Counted from the stretch's first letter, positions 9,931 to 19,401 are shown. The stretch is 60,370 bases of DNA from Methanomassiliicoccaceae archaeon (GCA_003135935.1 PNBI01000101.1:1-60370), one strand, 5' to 3'. Translations and numbers: made by a program. The notes: generated by a model not told the origin, from the letters alone.

Positions 9931-11262
9931 TCATTCGGATTTATTCCATCTCTGGGCGTCGCTATCTTGAGACACATTGAAATCCAGAAGAGCATCGACA
10001 TCGAGCTTCCACTGCTCAATGGAGGAGTGGACCACTCTTCCGATGAACCTCTCTCTGAGGAGTCTCAGCTCGGGAATTCGCATTATGGAATATCGATAGC
10101 GGGTGTATTCCGGGGAATACAAACTCTCGTTTGGAAGGTAGATCGGCTCTCGCCTGAAATTTATGGCCAAAAGGCCTTTGGCCGTTTCCATCAGAGCAGT
10201 TTCTGCCATAGGATCCAGTATGGACGGGTCCACCATCTGCGAATAGTCCTTCCTACCGATCATGCGAAAGAAATATGTCGCCCTGCCCTCTTCCTCGCCA
10301 GAGGTGGCCTCGAAAGCGATGGCATTGCCGCTTCTAGAAGCCCCTTTGGGATAGATGGGAGCAAGGAACCAGATATAATCCTTTTTCGTCTCGCCAGCTA
10401 ACGTCCTCTTCATTCCGATCCTGACCCCAGCCACTTTCGACTTCGAGGCCAAGAAAGCATACTCCTCCCCGATGCCAAGCCCTGATATCTTCATTTCCAA
10501 TCTTGACCAGAGGCCAGGGCAGGCATTCTCGAGATCACTTCTCTTCGCCGCTTTTCCATCTTTCATGAACTGAGAGGCCTTAAGAATTGCATTTGGGTCT
10601 GATTCTGGATAAACATCCTTGAGCATATCCTGCACTCTAACTGACAATTCCGTGATGGAGTCGACTATCGCTTTTTGGAAGGGTTCGAGGTCTCTGCCCA
10701 AGCGGGTGAACTCGATCTTGCCCCCAGACTCCAATAGGGCGACGACTTTGAGCGCGTCCGCCTTGCAGGTCAATAATTCGCTGTAGGGGACCCTAACGAG
10801 GTCGCTCCGCTCAGGCATGATCACCATTGCGGTTTCATATAGCCTGACCTCGCTTTTTCCTCCAACTTGTCGTTGTTCTCTTGCATCGATGAACGCGAAA
10901 TCTGCCTTGATGCCTTGTTTCCTCAGCTTCTCTTCCATTAGCAAGTCCTTGAGGGACAGCTCATTTCTTGCCTGGATAAGATTTCTTAAGAAATCCTCAT
11001 ACTTATAGCCCATGTTAGACAAAAGCAAATTATCGCCATTGGCCAGAACAATCTTGATGCGATATTCGGACTCCGCAATGTTGCCAACTTCCCTCAGTGA
11101 GAAGGACCTCGGTTCCCCATCCTTTGGGGCGATAATCATCGTCTCGGCTTCTATCATCCCGTTTCCGTCCCCTGCCACCATCACCTCGCCACCTGGGTTT
11201 GTGATGGAGAACTTCAACGTCGCCTGCATGATGAAATAACGGTCTTGCTCTTTTATTATCAT
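9931..11262 (-). CDS. hypothetical protein with an internal tandem repeat (PH-like domains, inferred)
   Basis: 443-aa ORF; ETMIIAPK...SFSLREV...LANGDNLLLSNMG resembles ETAMVIMPE...RVPYSEL...LESGGKIEFTRLG. Confidence 0.75.
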   Translation of the reverse strand: MIIKEQDRYFIMQATLKFSITNPGGEVMVAGDGNGMIEAETMIIAPKDGEPRSFSLREVGNIAESEYRIKIVLANGDNLLLSNMGYKYEDFLRNLIQARNELSLKDLLMEEKLRKQGIKADFAFIDAREQRQVGGKSEVRLYETAMVIMPERSDLVRVPYSELLTCKADALKVVALLESGGKIEFTRLGRDLEPFQKAIVDSITELSVRVQDMLKDVYPESDPNAILKASQFMKDGKAAKRSDLENACPGLWSRLEMKISGLGIGEEYAFLASKSKVAGVRIGMKRTLAGETKKDYIWFLAPIYPKGASRSGNAIAFEATSGEEEGRATYFFRMIGRKDYSQMVDPSILDPMAETALMETAKGLLAINFRREPIYLPNESLYSPEYTRYRYSIMRIPELRLLRERFIGRVVHSSIEQWKLDVDALLDFNVSQDSDAQRWNKSE

Positions 11263-11516
11263 TTACCTGTTGCCATGAAACCAGGGGTTGCACGGGAAGA
11301 AGCAAACAGAATTCGTCTTGATGAGAGCAAATGAGCGATAAGTGCAATGAGCTCGAATCATTATTGCGGGTATGAGCGCTGTTGTCCGGCGGACGCTTCA
11401 ATGACAAACCTTCAAAAAAGGAAGTGACATTTAATCGATGGGCATTGCCATAAGGAATTGGTCGTTATTCATTTCATGGACTGGGAAGACTTCAAGTCCG
11501 AACCCGGAGAACCCAA

Positions 11517-11930
11517 TTAATAGGCAGAGATCTCAAGCGAAGCGATGACCGACTCGGTGGCATGGTACTTGATGAGAACGACATAGGTGGTTCCCGGATG
11601 CAAGTTGCCTACCGTGAAGGCGTCTCCCTGGCTTAAGCGGTCTCCAGCTCCAATTATCTTTCCAGCATAGATGGTGGAATTGTCAGGGATGACAACAATC
11701 GAGACTTTGTCACGTTCGATCTCATGGTTTGTGAGCGCGATAACCCTGACAGTATAATTTCCGGAGTCATTCCTAATGCTTGTCAGTGCGCCCATTGCGG
11801 GAATACCACCGGGCGTCACATCTGTGACCATGACATACAAGACGCTTCCCAGGACGAGCAGGACAACGATCGTCGTCAGGGTCGCGATCAGGGCGGAGAA
11901 TGCCCTGGCATCTTTTGCGAGCTTATTCAT
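11517..11930 (-). CDS. archaeal type IV pilin-like protein (Pilin_N-type class III signal peptide)
   Basis: Basic leader then A/FSALIATLTTIVVLLVLGSVLYVMV; small beta-rich C-terminal domain. Confidence 0.7.
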   Translation of the reverse strand: MNKLAKDARAFSALIATLTTIVVLLVLGSVLYVMVTDVTPGGIPAMGALTSIRNDSGNYTVRVIALTNHEIERDKVSIVVIPDNSTIYAGKIIGAGDRLSQGDAFTVGNLHPGTTYVVLIKYHATESVIASLEISAY

Positions 11931-12086
11931 CCACCAGCCCCCACAACGTTCATTTTCCCTGGGAATTTCGGGTTTGTCGGTATAAACTATCTAATTTGAG
12001 AATCAATTTTGAGTTTCACTTTCTTCGATCTCTATTCCAGAAAAACTTCATCCACGATCCAAGATTGAAGCTCGATCTCCATCCAT

Positions 12087-13382
12087 TCAGGTCATTCGAT
12101 CCTTTGTAATCGTCTTCACGACCCGCATCGCCAGAGCGCTGGCGGTCAGCATGGTCGGCAATCCTTGCGATTGGGGGAGCAGCGAAAGGTCGGCAACGTA
12201 CAAGTTCTCCGGCAGATCGCCAGGATGCATGGAATCGACGTCCTCCCTCCGGAGCGGCACCGTGCCCCCGAGATGCCCGCCGTTGAGCATGCCAGGAACG
12301 AACGGCCCTTCCACTCCCGCGTCGAGCATCACCCTCTTGGCGAGCTCCGTTGCCGCGGCAAGCTTGTCATGGTCCGCAGACGTCAGCTCCTTGCGCACCG
12401 TTCCGTCCGCCTCCACCACGCCATTTGCCTCCTCTCCCAGTTTGACCATCACTCCCACTCGGTCTTTCAGCCCCACGTTTCTCCAGGGCTTATGGAACCA
12501 GTGCGACAGGATGTCCAGATAGGGCGAGAGGATGAAGCGGTCGTGCTTTGTGTACCAGACCATCGGAGGCTCGGAGAGCATCTCGGCGTCCTGCTTGCTA
12601 CCGCCGAGCGTCAGCACGATGTCCGCCCAAAGTTTGTCCTGGACTGGAAGCGAGGATGCGCGCAGTATCTGTGCCGTCCCGATGCCGCCGGCAGCCAGCA
12701 CCACTAGATCCGATTTGATCGTCTCATTTCCCCGCTTGGTGTGTACCAAGACTCCTGATGCAAGGCCTCGCTCGACGATCACTCGCTCCACCGGCGTCTC
12801 GAGGCGCACTTCCGCTCCTTCGAGCTTCGCTTGATCTAGCCACTGGCGGGCGTCCCACTTGGCCCCGCTGCCGCAGCCGATCTCGCACAATCCGCAGGCG
12901 ACACATCGAACGGCCTTCATCGCCTTTGGCGTTGGAGCTGGGTTGTATCCCAAGCGCTCCGCTGCCTGGAACATCGCCTCGGTCGTCGGCCTCCAGCGCT
13001 CCCTGGGGAACGTGACCGGGTGCAGCTCCGCCTCAAGCTCCTCGAACTCCTTGGTGAGGTCTAGCCCGATCTCGTCCAGGCCGCCTGTCGCCCGCACCAG
13101 ATTCCCGCAGGCGATGGTGGTCGTGCCGCCAGCAGTGATGCCTCGAACCAGCACAAGCTCGTCGCTGCTCCTCGCGGTCCACATCGCAGGGAACAGTCGG
13201 TGGATGGTGCGCTCCGTCCCCATGATCCCTGCCCGGCGAAACGGCTCCGTCATGGTCACTCTCCGGGACATCGGTCTGAACTCCGATCCCGCCTCGAGGA
13301 CTACGACGTCCATTCCTGCCTTCCTAAGTTCCCTGGCCGCCAGGCTTCCCCCTGCGCCCGATCCCACGACGATCGCCCTCAT
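12087..13382 (-). CDS. GMC-family FAD-dependent oxidoreductase
   Basis: IVVGSGAGG FAD motif, CVACGLCEIGC...AK, LAAGGIGT, HLGGT, NLYVADLSLLP. Confidence 0.9.
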   Translation of the reverse strand: MRAIVVGSGAGGSLAARELRKAGMDVVVLEAGSEFRPMSRRVTMTEPFRRAGIMGTERTIHRLFPAMWTARSSDELVLVRGITAGGTTTIACGNLVRATGGLDEIGLDLTKEFEELEAELHPVTFPRERWRPTTEAMFQAAERLGYNPAPTPKAMKAVRCVACGLCEIGCGSGAKWDARQWLDQAKLEGAEVRLETPVERVIVERGLASGVLVHTKRGNETIKSDLVVLAAGGIGTAQILRASSLPVQDKLWADIVLTLGGSKQDAEMLSEPPMVWYTKHDRFILSPYLDILSHWFHKPWRNVGLKDRVGVMVKLGEEANGVVEADGTVRKELTSADHDKLAAATELAKRVMLDAGVEGPFVPGMLNGGHLGGTVPLRREDVDSMHPGDLPENLYVADLSLLPQSQGLPTMLTASALAMRVVKTITKDRMT

Positions 13383-13984
13383 CTGCCTGCCTCCTTTTCG
13401 AACTTGAACTCAGCCACGCATTCCGGCTTGCCAGATGTTAGATGCTGTGTGAACTTGAGCTCCGCTCTTTCGCTAAGGCCGTGCACTACGCCCTCATCGG
13501 TCGCGCATAGCACCTCGCAGGTGCTCGAATCGTACAGCCTTGCGAGCGCGCATCGGTGCACGCGCATCTCGCCGCGCCTGTCCTCGTAGCTCATCGTGAA
13601 TTCGATGCCCAGCACTCGATAGAGCACCTTCGCTGCCTTTCGCAAGTCGCCAGGCTCATCCCTGACGCTCAGCTTCTCTCTTGCTTCCCTTCCCAGCTCC
13701 GTTCCAGCTTGGAATAAGGCAAGTCTAGCTACCTCCACCGCCCTCTCCCTTCCCAACGCTTCGACCAGGACTGCCACGCGCTCCTTATGCCCTCGCGCCA
13801 TCCGATCGCGCAGCTCTTCCAGCCTACTATCATCCTCGGCAAGTGTTCGGGGCAGGTAGCCAGAGACGCTCGCGCCAATCGCCTCGTCGAGTGCGGCGTT
13901 GGTCGCCTGCTCAACGTGCAGCAGCTCCTTCCTAATGGTGCGTTTGGGAAGGTAGGCGCTCGCGATCGCCAACCGGAGGCTCAT
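13379..13984 (-). CDS. ATC-hydrolase/V4R-like ligand-binding protein
   Basis: HRCALA...TCEVLCATDEG...LTSGKPECVAEF cysteine pattern; ATGA overlaps on both sides. Confidence 0.7.
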   Translation of the reverse strand: MSLRLAIASAYLPKRTIRKELLHVEQATNAALDEAIGASVSGYLPRTLAEDDSRLEELRDRMARGHKERVAVLVEALGRERAVEVARLALFQAGTELGREAREKLSVRDEPGDLRKAAKVLYRVLGIEFTMSYEDRRGEMRVHRCALARLYDSSTCEVLCATDEGVVHGLSERAELKFTQHLTSGKPECVAEFKFEKEAGR

Positions 13985-16749
13985 TTGTCCTCCTGCCGGC
14001 CGATGTGCAGCGCGTCATTGTGCGAATCAGCTCCGGAATAAAGCGCAGCGATAAGGTCCGCGAAACTGGCCTCGACCTTCGGGCGTCTGAGCTTCAGGTT
14101 AGCGGTGAGCTCACCAGACTGCACGGACAGCCTGCCTTTCACCACCGCCCAACGGCGCGGCCTCTCCGGCTGCGAGAGCCTTGCGTTCACTTCGCGCACG
14201 GTAGCATCGATCTTAGCTGCAATATCGTCGCTCCAATCCGAGCCCTCAGGCCAGAGCAGCGCGATGCAGTAGGGCTTCCCTTCCCCCACCATCAGCGCCT
14301 CGGCCAGCAAGATCGAGTCGCGTAGCATCGATTCCACCCGCATCGGGCTGACGAACTTGCCGTACGATGTCTTGATCAGCTCCTTCTTCCGTCCTTCGAG
14401 GAACAGGTAGCCCCCCTCGACCTTGCCCAAATCCCCGGTCAGCAGCCAGCCATCGCGGAATGGCTGCTGCCCTTGGTAATCGTGATAGCCAGATGTGACC
14501 TGAGGCCCACGCACCAGCACCTCTCCGTCCTCCGCGATCGCAACATCCGTCGAAGGCAGTGGTTCGCCCACGCTGCCGATGCGGTTGCGCCGCTTGCGGT
14601 TGAGCGTGACCAATGGTGCCTCGGTCAACCCGTAAGCGTTGTGGACGACGATCCCCAGCCTATCAAGGTCAGAAAGGATATCGTTGCCCATCGGGCCCGA
14701 GCCGACGATCAGGTGCTGGCATTCGTCCAGGCCGGCACGCTTCAAGGCAGCGTGGCCAACGATGGAGCGGTGCAGCTTGGCGAGCGTGCCTGAGCGATTC
14801 CGCATGGCCTTCTCGCCCATCTTCGTCTCCTTGATAGTATCCCATAGCTTCTCATAGAAGCGGGGAACGGAGAAGAACACGGTCGGCCTGACCAATGGTA
14901 GGCAGTCGCGCAGCGACTTGAACTCCTCCAGGAAGTAGATGTCCACCGAGGTTGGGGCATAGTACGGTCCATACGTTGCGAGGATGCCTTCGACCACATG
15001 GTTCATCGGCAGATAGGACAGGTAACGGACTGGACGGTTCCGTGCTTCCCATGGCGGCAGCGATGCCATCGATTCTGCCATGTAAGCCAGGTGCTCGTGC
15101 GTGAACCGGACGCCTTTTGCCTTTCCCGTCGTGCTTGAGGTGTATCGTATCGTCGCTAGGTCCTCTGGAGCAACGTTTGCGAGCGGAATCTCTCGCTCGG
15201 TCCCTAGTGCCAGGAACTCCTGCCAATCGAGGACATCGGCCGGCCTCTCCTCCGATGTACGGCAGAATGACACCGCCTTGGCCGAGCGTTCGATCTCGTC
15301 CGCTCGCTTGAGCAGCTCGTTCGTTCCAACGAATAGCACCTTCGCATCAGATGCCTGCACCAACTCAGCGATGTCGGCCGGCGGCGAGGTATAGTAGAGC
15401 GGGACGCTGACCGCGCCAACCAGGCCGATTGCCGTTTCGATGGTCAGGTAGCGGCTGCTGTTCCATCCGACCACCGCAACTCGGTCGCCTTTTCGCACTC
15501 CCAGCTCGCCCAGAGCGGACGAGGCTCGAAGGATGTCACGGCGAAGGGAGGCAGCATCCACATCGATCACTTTGCCTTCCACGATATCGTGGCAGGCGAT
15601 CCGACGGTTCTCGTGGCCCAGTCGGAAGAGCACCTGCTCGTGCACCGTCCGCCCGGTGCGATGCAGGAAGCCGGTGTATGCGGCATACTCCAGCATATGC
15701 GGCAGGATCTCCTTCCATTGTAAGTCAGGAGTACCGATCAACCTCTCGGCGTTGGCGCGCGAGAACTCCCGCCTTTCGGTGAAATAGGGTGCTAGCTGAG
15801 CAAGGTTCGAAGCCTCCCCCTTGGCGCCCACCTTGAGCAATGCTTTAACCGCGCCCTGAGGCAAGGGCAGGAACAAAGGCCTTGCCAGCTCGACCTGAAG
15901 GTTCCCGCTCGCCCATTTCATTGCCTCCTCAAACAGCTCGCCCACTTCTGGGCAACCTTCGATCGGAGCGGTGAGGTGGAACGTCTTCCCCTCAGCCTTC
16001 GGATCGAGCATCAGGCGGACCAGGGCGTCTGCGACGAGATTCACTGGCATCAGATTGACCTTGGTGTGCGACGAGATCGGGAAGAAGCGGATGTGGCCAG
16101 TGAGATACAGCCGCAATGGATAGTAGATGACATTGAACGTCCTCACCCAGCCAGACGAGGAATCCCCCACTACCATCCCAGGGCGAAAGATGCTGACCGG
16201 TAGCTTGCTCGCATGCTCGCGCACCGCCCTCTCGCCCAGGTTCTTGCTGCGCTCGTAGTTATTGTCAAGTCCTCCAGACTCTCCGAGCGAGTCTTCGTGC
16301 ACTAACCCTTCCTTATTGCTAGCCACATAGGCGGTGCTGACATGAGCGAAACGCTGCAGCCCATGATCCGCGTGGGCCCTCTCCGCGAAACGCAGAACGT
16401 TCAGCGTACCCTCGACGTTGGTACGGTTCAGCTCCTCCAGCGAAGCGTTCAGGCGCAGATCCGCTGCCGAATGAATGACATGCGTGATGCCGCTGACCAG
16501 GGAATTGTAGGTCGCCTCATCCAGCCCCAGATTGTTCTCCTTGACGTCCGCCGCGATGACCTGGACCCGTGTGCCGATGAGCTTTCTCAATTCGGGGAAA
16601 TCCCACCATGCCCTCCGGAGGCGCAGCTCCGCTTCCTCGTTAAATCGAGCGCGGACCAGCGCAACAACGTTGCATTCCTCGTCCATGAGGCGATGGGCGA
16701 CCTCAGTGCCGATGAAGCCGGTCGCACCGGTGATCAGCACAAGGTTCAT
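13981..16749 (-). CDS. fusion of fatty-acyl/thioester reductase (extended SDR) and long-chain acyl-CoA synthetase-like adenylation domain
   Basis: N-half TGATGFIG, HSAA, HVSTAYV, YERSK, RPGMV; C-half YTSSTTGKAKG, YGLTE, TGDLG, GRKKELI, ELTANLKLRR. No phosphopantetheine carrier motif seen. Confidence 0.9.
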   Translation of the reverse strand: MNLVLITGATGFIGTEVAHRLMDEECNVVALVRARFNEEAELRLRRAWWDFPELRKLIGTRVQVIAADVKENNLGLDEATYNSLVSGITHVIHSAADLRLNASLEELNRTNVEGTLNVLRFAERAHADHGLQRFAHVSTAYVASNKEGLVHEDSLGESGGLDNNYERSKNLGERAVREHASKLPVSIFRPGMVVGDSSSGWVRTFNVIYYPLRLYLTGHIRFFPISSHTKVNLMPVNLVADALVRLMLDPKAEGKTFHLTAPIEGCPEVGELFEEAMKWASGNLQVELARPLFLPLPQGAVKALLKVGAKGEASNLAQLAPYFTERREFSRANAERLIGTPDLQWKEILPHMLEYAAYTGFLHRTGRTVHEQVLFRLGHENRRIACHDIVEGKVIDVDAASLRRDILRASSALGELGVRKGDRVAVVGWNSSRYLTIETAIGLVGAVSVPLYYTSPPADIAELVQASDAKVLFVGTNELLKRADEIERSAKAVSFCRTSEERPADVLDWQEFLALGTEREIPLANVAPEDLATIRYTSSTTGKAKGVRFTHEHLAYMAESMASLPPWEARNRPVRYLSYLPMNHVVEGILATYGPYYAPTSVDIYFLEEFKSLRDCLPLVRPTVFFSVPRFYEKLWDTIKETKMGEKAMRNRSGTLAKLHRSIVGHAALKRAGLDECQHLIVGSGPMGNDILSDLDRLGIVVHNAYGLTEAPLVTLNRKRRNRIGSVGEPLPSTDVAIAEDGEVLVRGPQVTSGYHDYQGQQPFRDGWLLTGDLGKVEGGYLFLEGRKKELIKTSYGKFVSPMRVESMLRDSILLAEALMVGEGKPYCIALLWPEGSDWSDDIAAKIDATVREVNARLSQPERPRRWAVVKGRLSVQSGELTANLKLRRPKVEASFADLIAALYSGADSHNDALHIGRQEDK

Positions 16750-17996
16750 TCCACCACCGGTAATCCGTTATCAAGCGCGAACTTTCGGAGCAGCTCTACG
16801 TTTCGCTTCGCCTTCTCCACATGCTGCGCGTTGATTAGCAGAATGCGCTCGCGGATCGTTTCACGTCCGCTCAATAGGCGGTCGTCGATATTCCTCAGCC
16901 TCTCCCAGGCATCCTCCGCCCTGCGGGGGATGAAGAACTCGTCCCTCATGCCGCTCTCCTGGTAGAGGTCACGCAGGCGAAGGTCGTGGCCTAAAGCAAC
17001 CTGCGGAACCCCCCCGGCCATGGAAAGAACTGCGGCGTGGTAGCGCGAAGTGACCAGCAGGTCAAGCGAGCGCAGGATGCGTGTCATAGTGGCGGCGTCA
17101 TACTCGTTCGAGGAGAACACTTTTGCCTTATCCCTCTCCTTCATGCGCTCGCGCACCATCCTCGCCAGATGTTCGTCCACCGCCTCCATTGAGATGAGCG
17201 CGATGTGCTTGTCATACTTCTCGACCAGGCGGTCCGCCTCCGCCGCTAAGTTGCTCGCCAACTCCTCACTCGCTTTCCGACGCTTCTTGGACCGTGAGAA
17301 ATAGTAAGGCCAGCGATAGCAGTCCCGCCTTCGGCCGAAGGGTCTTATCACCACCGGCCAGATATTGAAGTCCACCACCGCCATTCCGGCGACGTTCCTG
17401 GCCTCGGGCCAAAGGCGCTTCAGCGTTCCCTCTTCCGATCCGGCGTTGAACGTGAAAGCGGTGTCGTCAGTCACCTCGATCGGGGCAGTCACGCCCCACT
17501 TGCGCAGTCGGTCGGCAGAGAGCTTGGTGCGGGTGATCAACAGATCGATCTTACTAGCTTCGCGACGAACCCTAGACTTCCATCTATCGCTCAGTTGGCC
17601 CGAGTCTACCGCGTATGCGATCATCGGCACACCATAGCCTTCGGAGTACTTTGAAGCGGAGAGGAAGGACAGGAGCAAAGCTCCCGCCCAGGTGTCCATA
17701 AAGCAGCTGCCCTCCACCAGCATGGTCAAATCGCTCCGCTTCACCAGGCGGCGTAATGCGAAGAAGAAGATGGATGGGACCGGAGCGATCCGCAGATGCT
17801 CTTCCTCCTCAAGGTAGCGGCGCAAGTTCACTTCATTGAGCGTTGGGACGGTGATAATGGCCTCAGAACCGAAGACCTTGCGAACGTCCTCGATGATCGA
17901 GATTAGACGAGTCTCAGAACCGGTGTTGTTTGCACCGTTATAACCGAACAGTAGGATCCGCGGACATTTTCTGATCTTAGGGTTTGATGAAGGCAT
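16746..17996 (-). CDS. polysaccharide pyruvyl transferase family protein (GT-B fold)
   Basis: LLFGYNGANNTGSE, LVEGSCFMD, VTDDTAF, DLLVTSRYHAAVLS; probable start ATG 17996. Confidence 0.85.
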   Translation of the reverse strand: MPSSNPKIRKCPRILLFGYNGANNTGSETRLISIIEDVRKVFGSEAIITVPTLNEVNLRRYLEEEEHLRIAPVPSIFFFALRRLVKRSDLTMLVEGSCFMDTWAGALLLSFLSASKYSEGYGVPMIAYAVDSGQLSDRWKSRVRREASKIDLLITRTKLSADRLRKWGVTAPIEVTDDTAFTFNAGSEEGTLKRLWPEARNVAGMAVVDFNIWPVVIRPFGRRRDCYRWPYYFSRSKKRRKASEELASNLAAEADRLVEKYDKHIALISMEAVDEHLARMVRERMKERDKAKVFSSNEYDAATMTRILRSLDLLVTSRYHAAVLSMAGGVPQVALGHDLRLRDLYQESGMRDEFFIPRRAEDAWERLRNIDDRLLSGRETIRERILLINAQHVEKAKRNVELLRKFALDNGLPVVE

Positions 17997-18272
17997 TGCC
18001 GCACGGTTCAAGCAACTGGCACGATATAATCCTTTTGTGAAAAACATGGGGTCCGGGGCATCTTGCCACCTCGATGATAAACTGAGTTCCTTCGCCAGGA
18101 TAGCCCCGTTGCAGGAGGATCAACTGGCAATTTGAACCAAAGCTGTTCAGGACAGGTGGAATGAGTGTTTCAGCGATCAAAGAAATCCAAGAGATGAGGT
18201 CTGGACCGAACCCACAGCGGTCGATGAAGCGATTCAATAATGCCTTATATCGTGCTATTCAATTCGAAACCA

Positions 18273-18932
18273 ATGACCAAGGAGCTGGATCAGAAACGAC
18301 TGAAGCTAACCATCTTCGGAGCGACTGGAGGAACCGGCAAATTGTTGGTTGATCAAGCTCTTGAGGCTGGATATCACGTCGTCGCCTACGCCCGTAATCC
18401 ATCTAAGTTGGCAAAGACTCACGAACGCTTGACGGTCATCCAGGGAGAACTGAGAGATCATGAAGGGATCGAGAGAGCGATGAGCGGTGCGGACGCCGTC
18501 ATCAGCGTTCTAGGGCCGAGAAGAGATTCGAAGGGCAAGCCGATCACGGAAGGCATCCAGAACATCATTGCAGCCATGAAGAAGGAAGGCGTTCGCAGAT
18601 TGATCATATCCTCCACGGCAAGCGCCGAAGACCCGAGTGATGAGCCTGATCTCAGGTTCAAGATTCTTGTCGAAATAGTAAGGCTCTTGATTCGTCCATC
18701 ATACGAGGAGATCATTGGTACAGCGAACGCGGTGCGCAAGTCCGGTCTCGATTGGACGATAGTGCGCTTATCCCTGCTCAATAACGGACCTAGGTCTGGA
18801 AAGGTCAGAGTTGGCCATAAGGGCAGAGGGGAGGTGGGCTTGAGGATAGCCCGTGCTGACATTGCCGATTTCATGCTCAAACAGGTGAATGATCCGAAGT
18901 ATCTGCGACAGGCCCCGCTGATAAGCAACTGA
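18273..18932 (+). CDS. NAD(P)H-binding atypical SDR (flavin reductase/BLVRB-like)
   Basis: IFGATGGTG, DAVISVLG, SGLDWTIVR, IARADIADFML. Confidence 0.9.
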   Translation: MTKELDQKRLKLTIFGATGGTGKLLVDQALEAGYHVVAYARNPSKLAKTHERLTVIQGELRDHEGIERAMSGADAVISVLGPRRDSKGKPITEGIQNIIAAMKKEGVRRLIISSTASAEDPSDEPDLRFKILVEIVRLLIRPSYEEIIGTANAVRKSGLDWTIVRLSLLNNGPRSGKVRVGHKGRGEVGLRIARADIADFMLKQVNDPKYLRQAPLISN

Positions 18933-18936
18933 GAGT

Positions 18937-19401
18937 CTAGGTCTGTTTTTGCGGATTCTTCTCCAATTTTGTTACGTCAAAGCCCTTATCCCGTACGCGT
19001 TGAAGCACTGCGTTGTAGGTGGTCTCGTCCATCTGAGGCGTTCTCGACAGTATCCAAAGATACTTCCGGGATTCGTCGCCTACAACGGCATATTCGTAGT
19101 CCTTTCCGAGCTCAAGGATCCAATAGTTGGCGGCGAAGGGCCAGAAGAAACTCACTTTAAGCTTCGCGTTCGTCGTTGTGTCGACTACCCAAGCTTTGCC
19201 CCTGGCCGTTTTTAGTTTACCAGCGAAAGTGCCTTCGTAACCGCTATTCAGAACCCTAACCTTGCCATTTGGAAGCAGCGTGTAGTCCGCCGTTACGCCG
19301 ACAAGCCCTTTTTCGAACCTTTGTGGGAACTTCGCAATTTCAAACCAGGTTCCCATATACCTCTTCACGTCGACACGATCTACCGTCTTGAGTTCAGGCA
19401 T
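18937..19401 (-). CDS. lipocalin (Blc-like) without signal peptide
   Basis: RYMGTWFEIA (GxW), LKVSFFWPF, YWILE, YLWILSRTP. Confidence 0.9.
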   Translation of the reverse strand: MPELKTVDRVDVKRYMGTWFEIAKFPQRFEKGLVGVTADYTLLPNGKVRVLNSGYEGTFAGKLKTARGKAWVVDTTTNAKLKVSFFWPFAANYWILELGKDYEYAVVGDESRKYLWILSRTPQMDETTYNAVLQRVRDKGFDVTKLEKNPQKQT

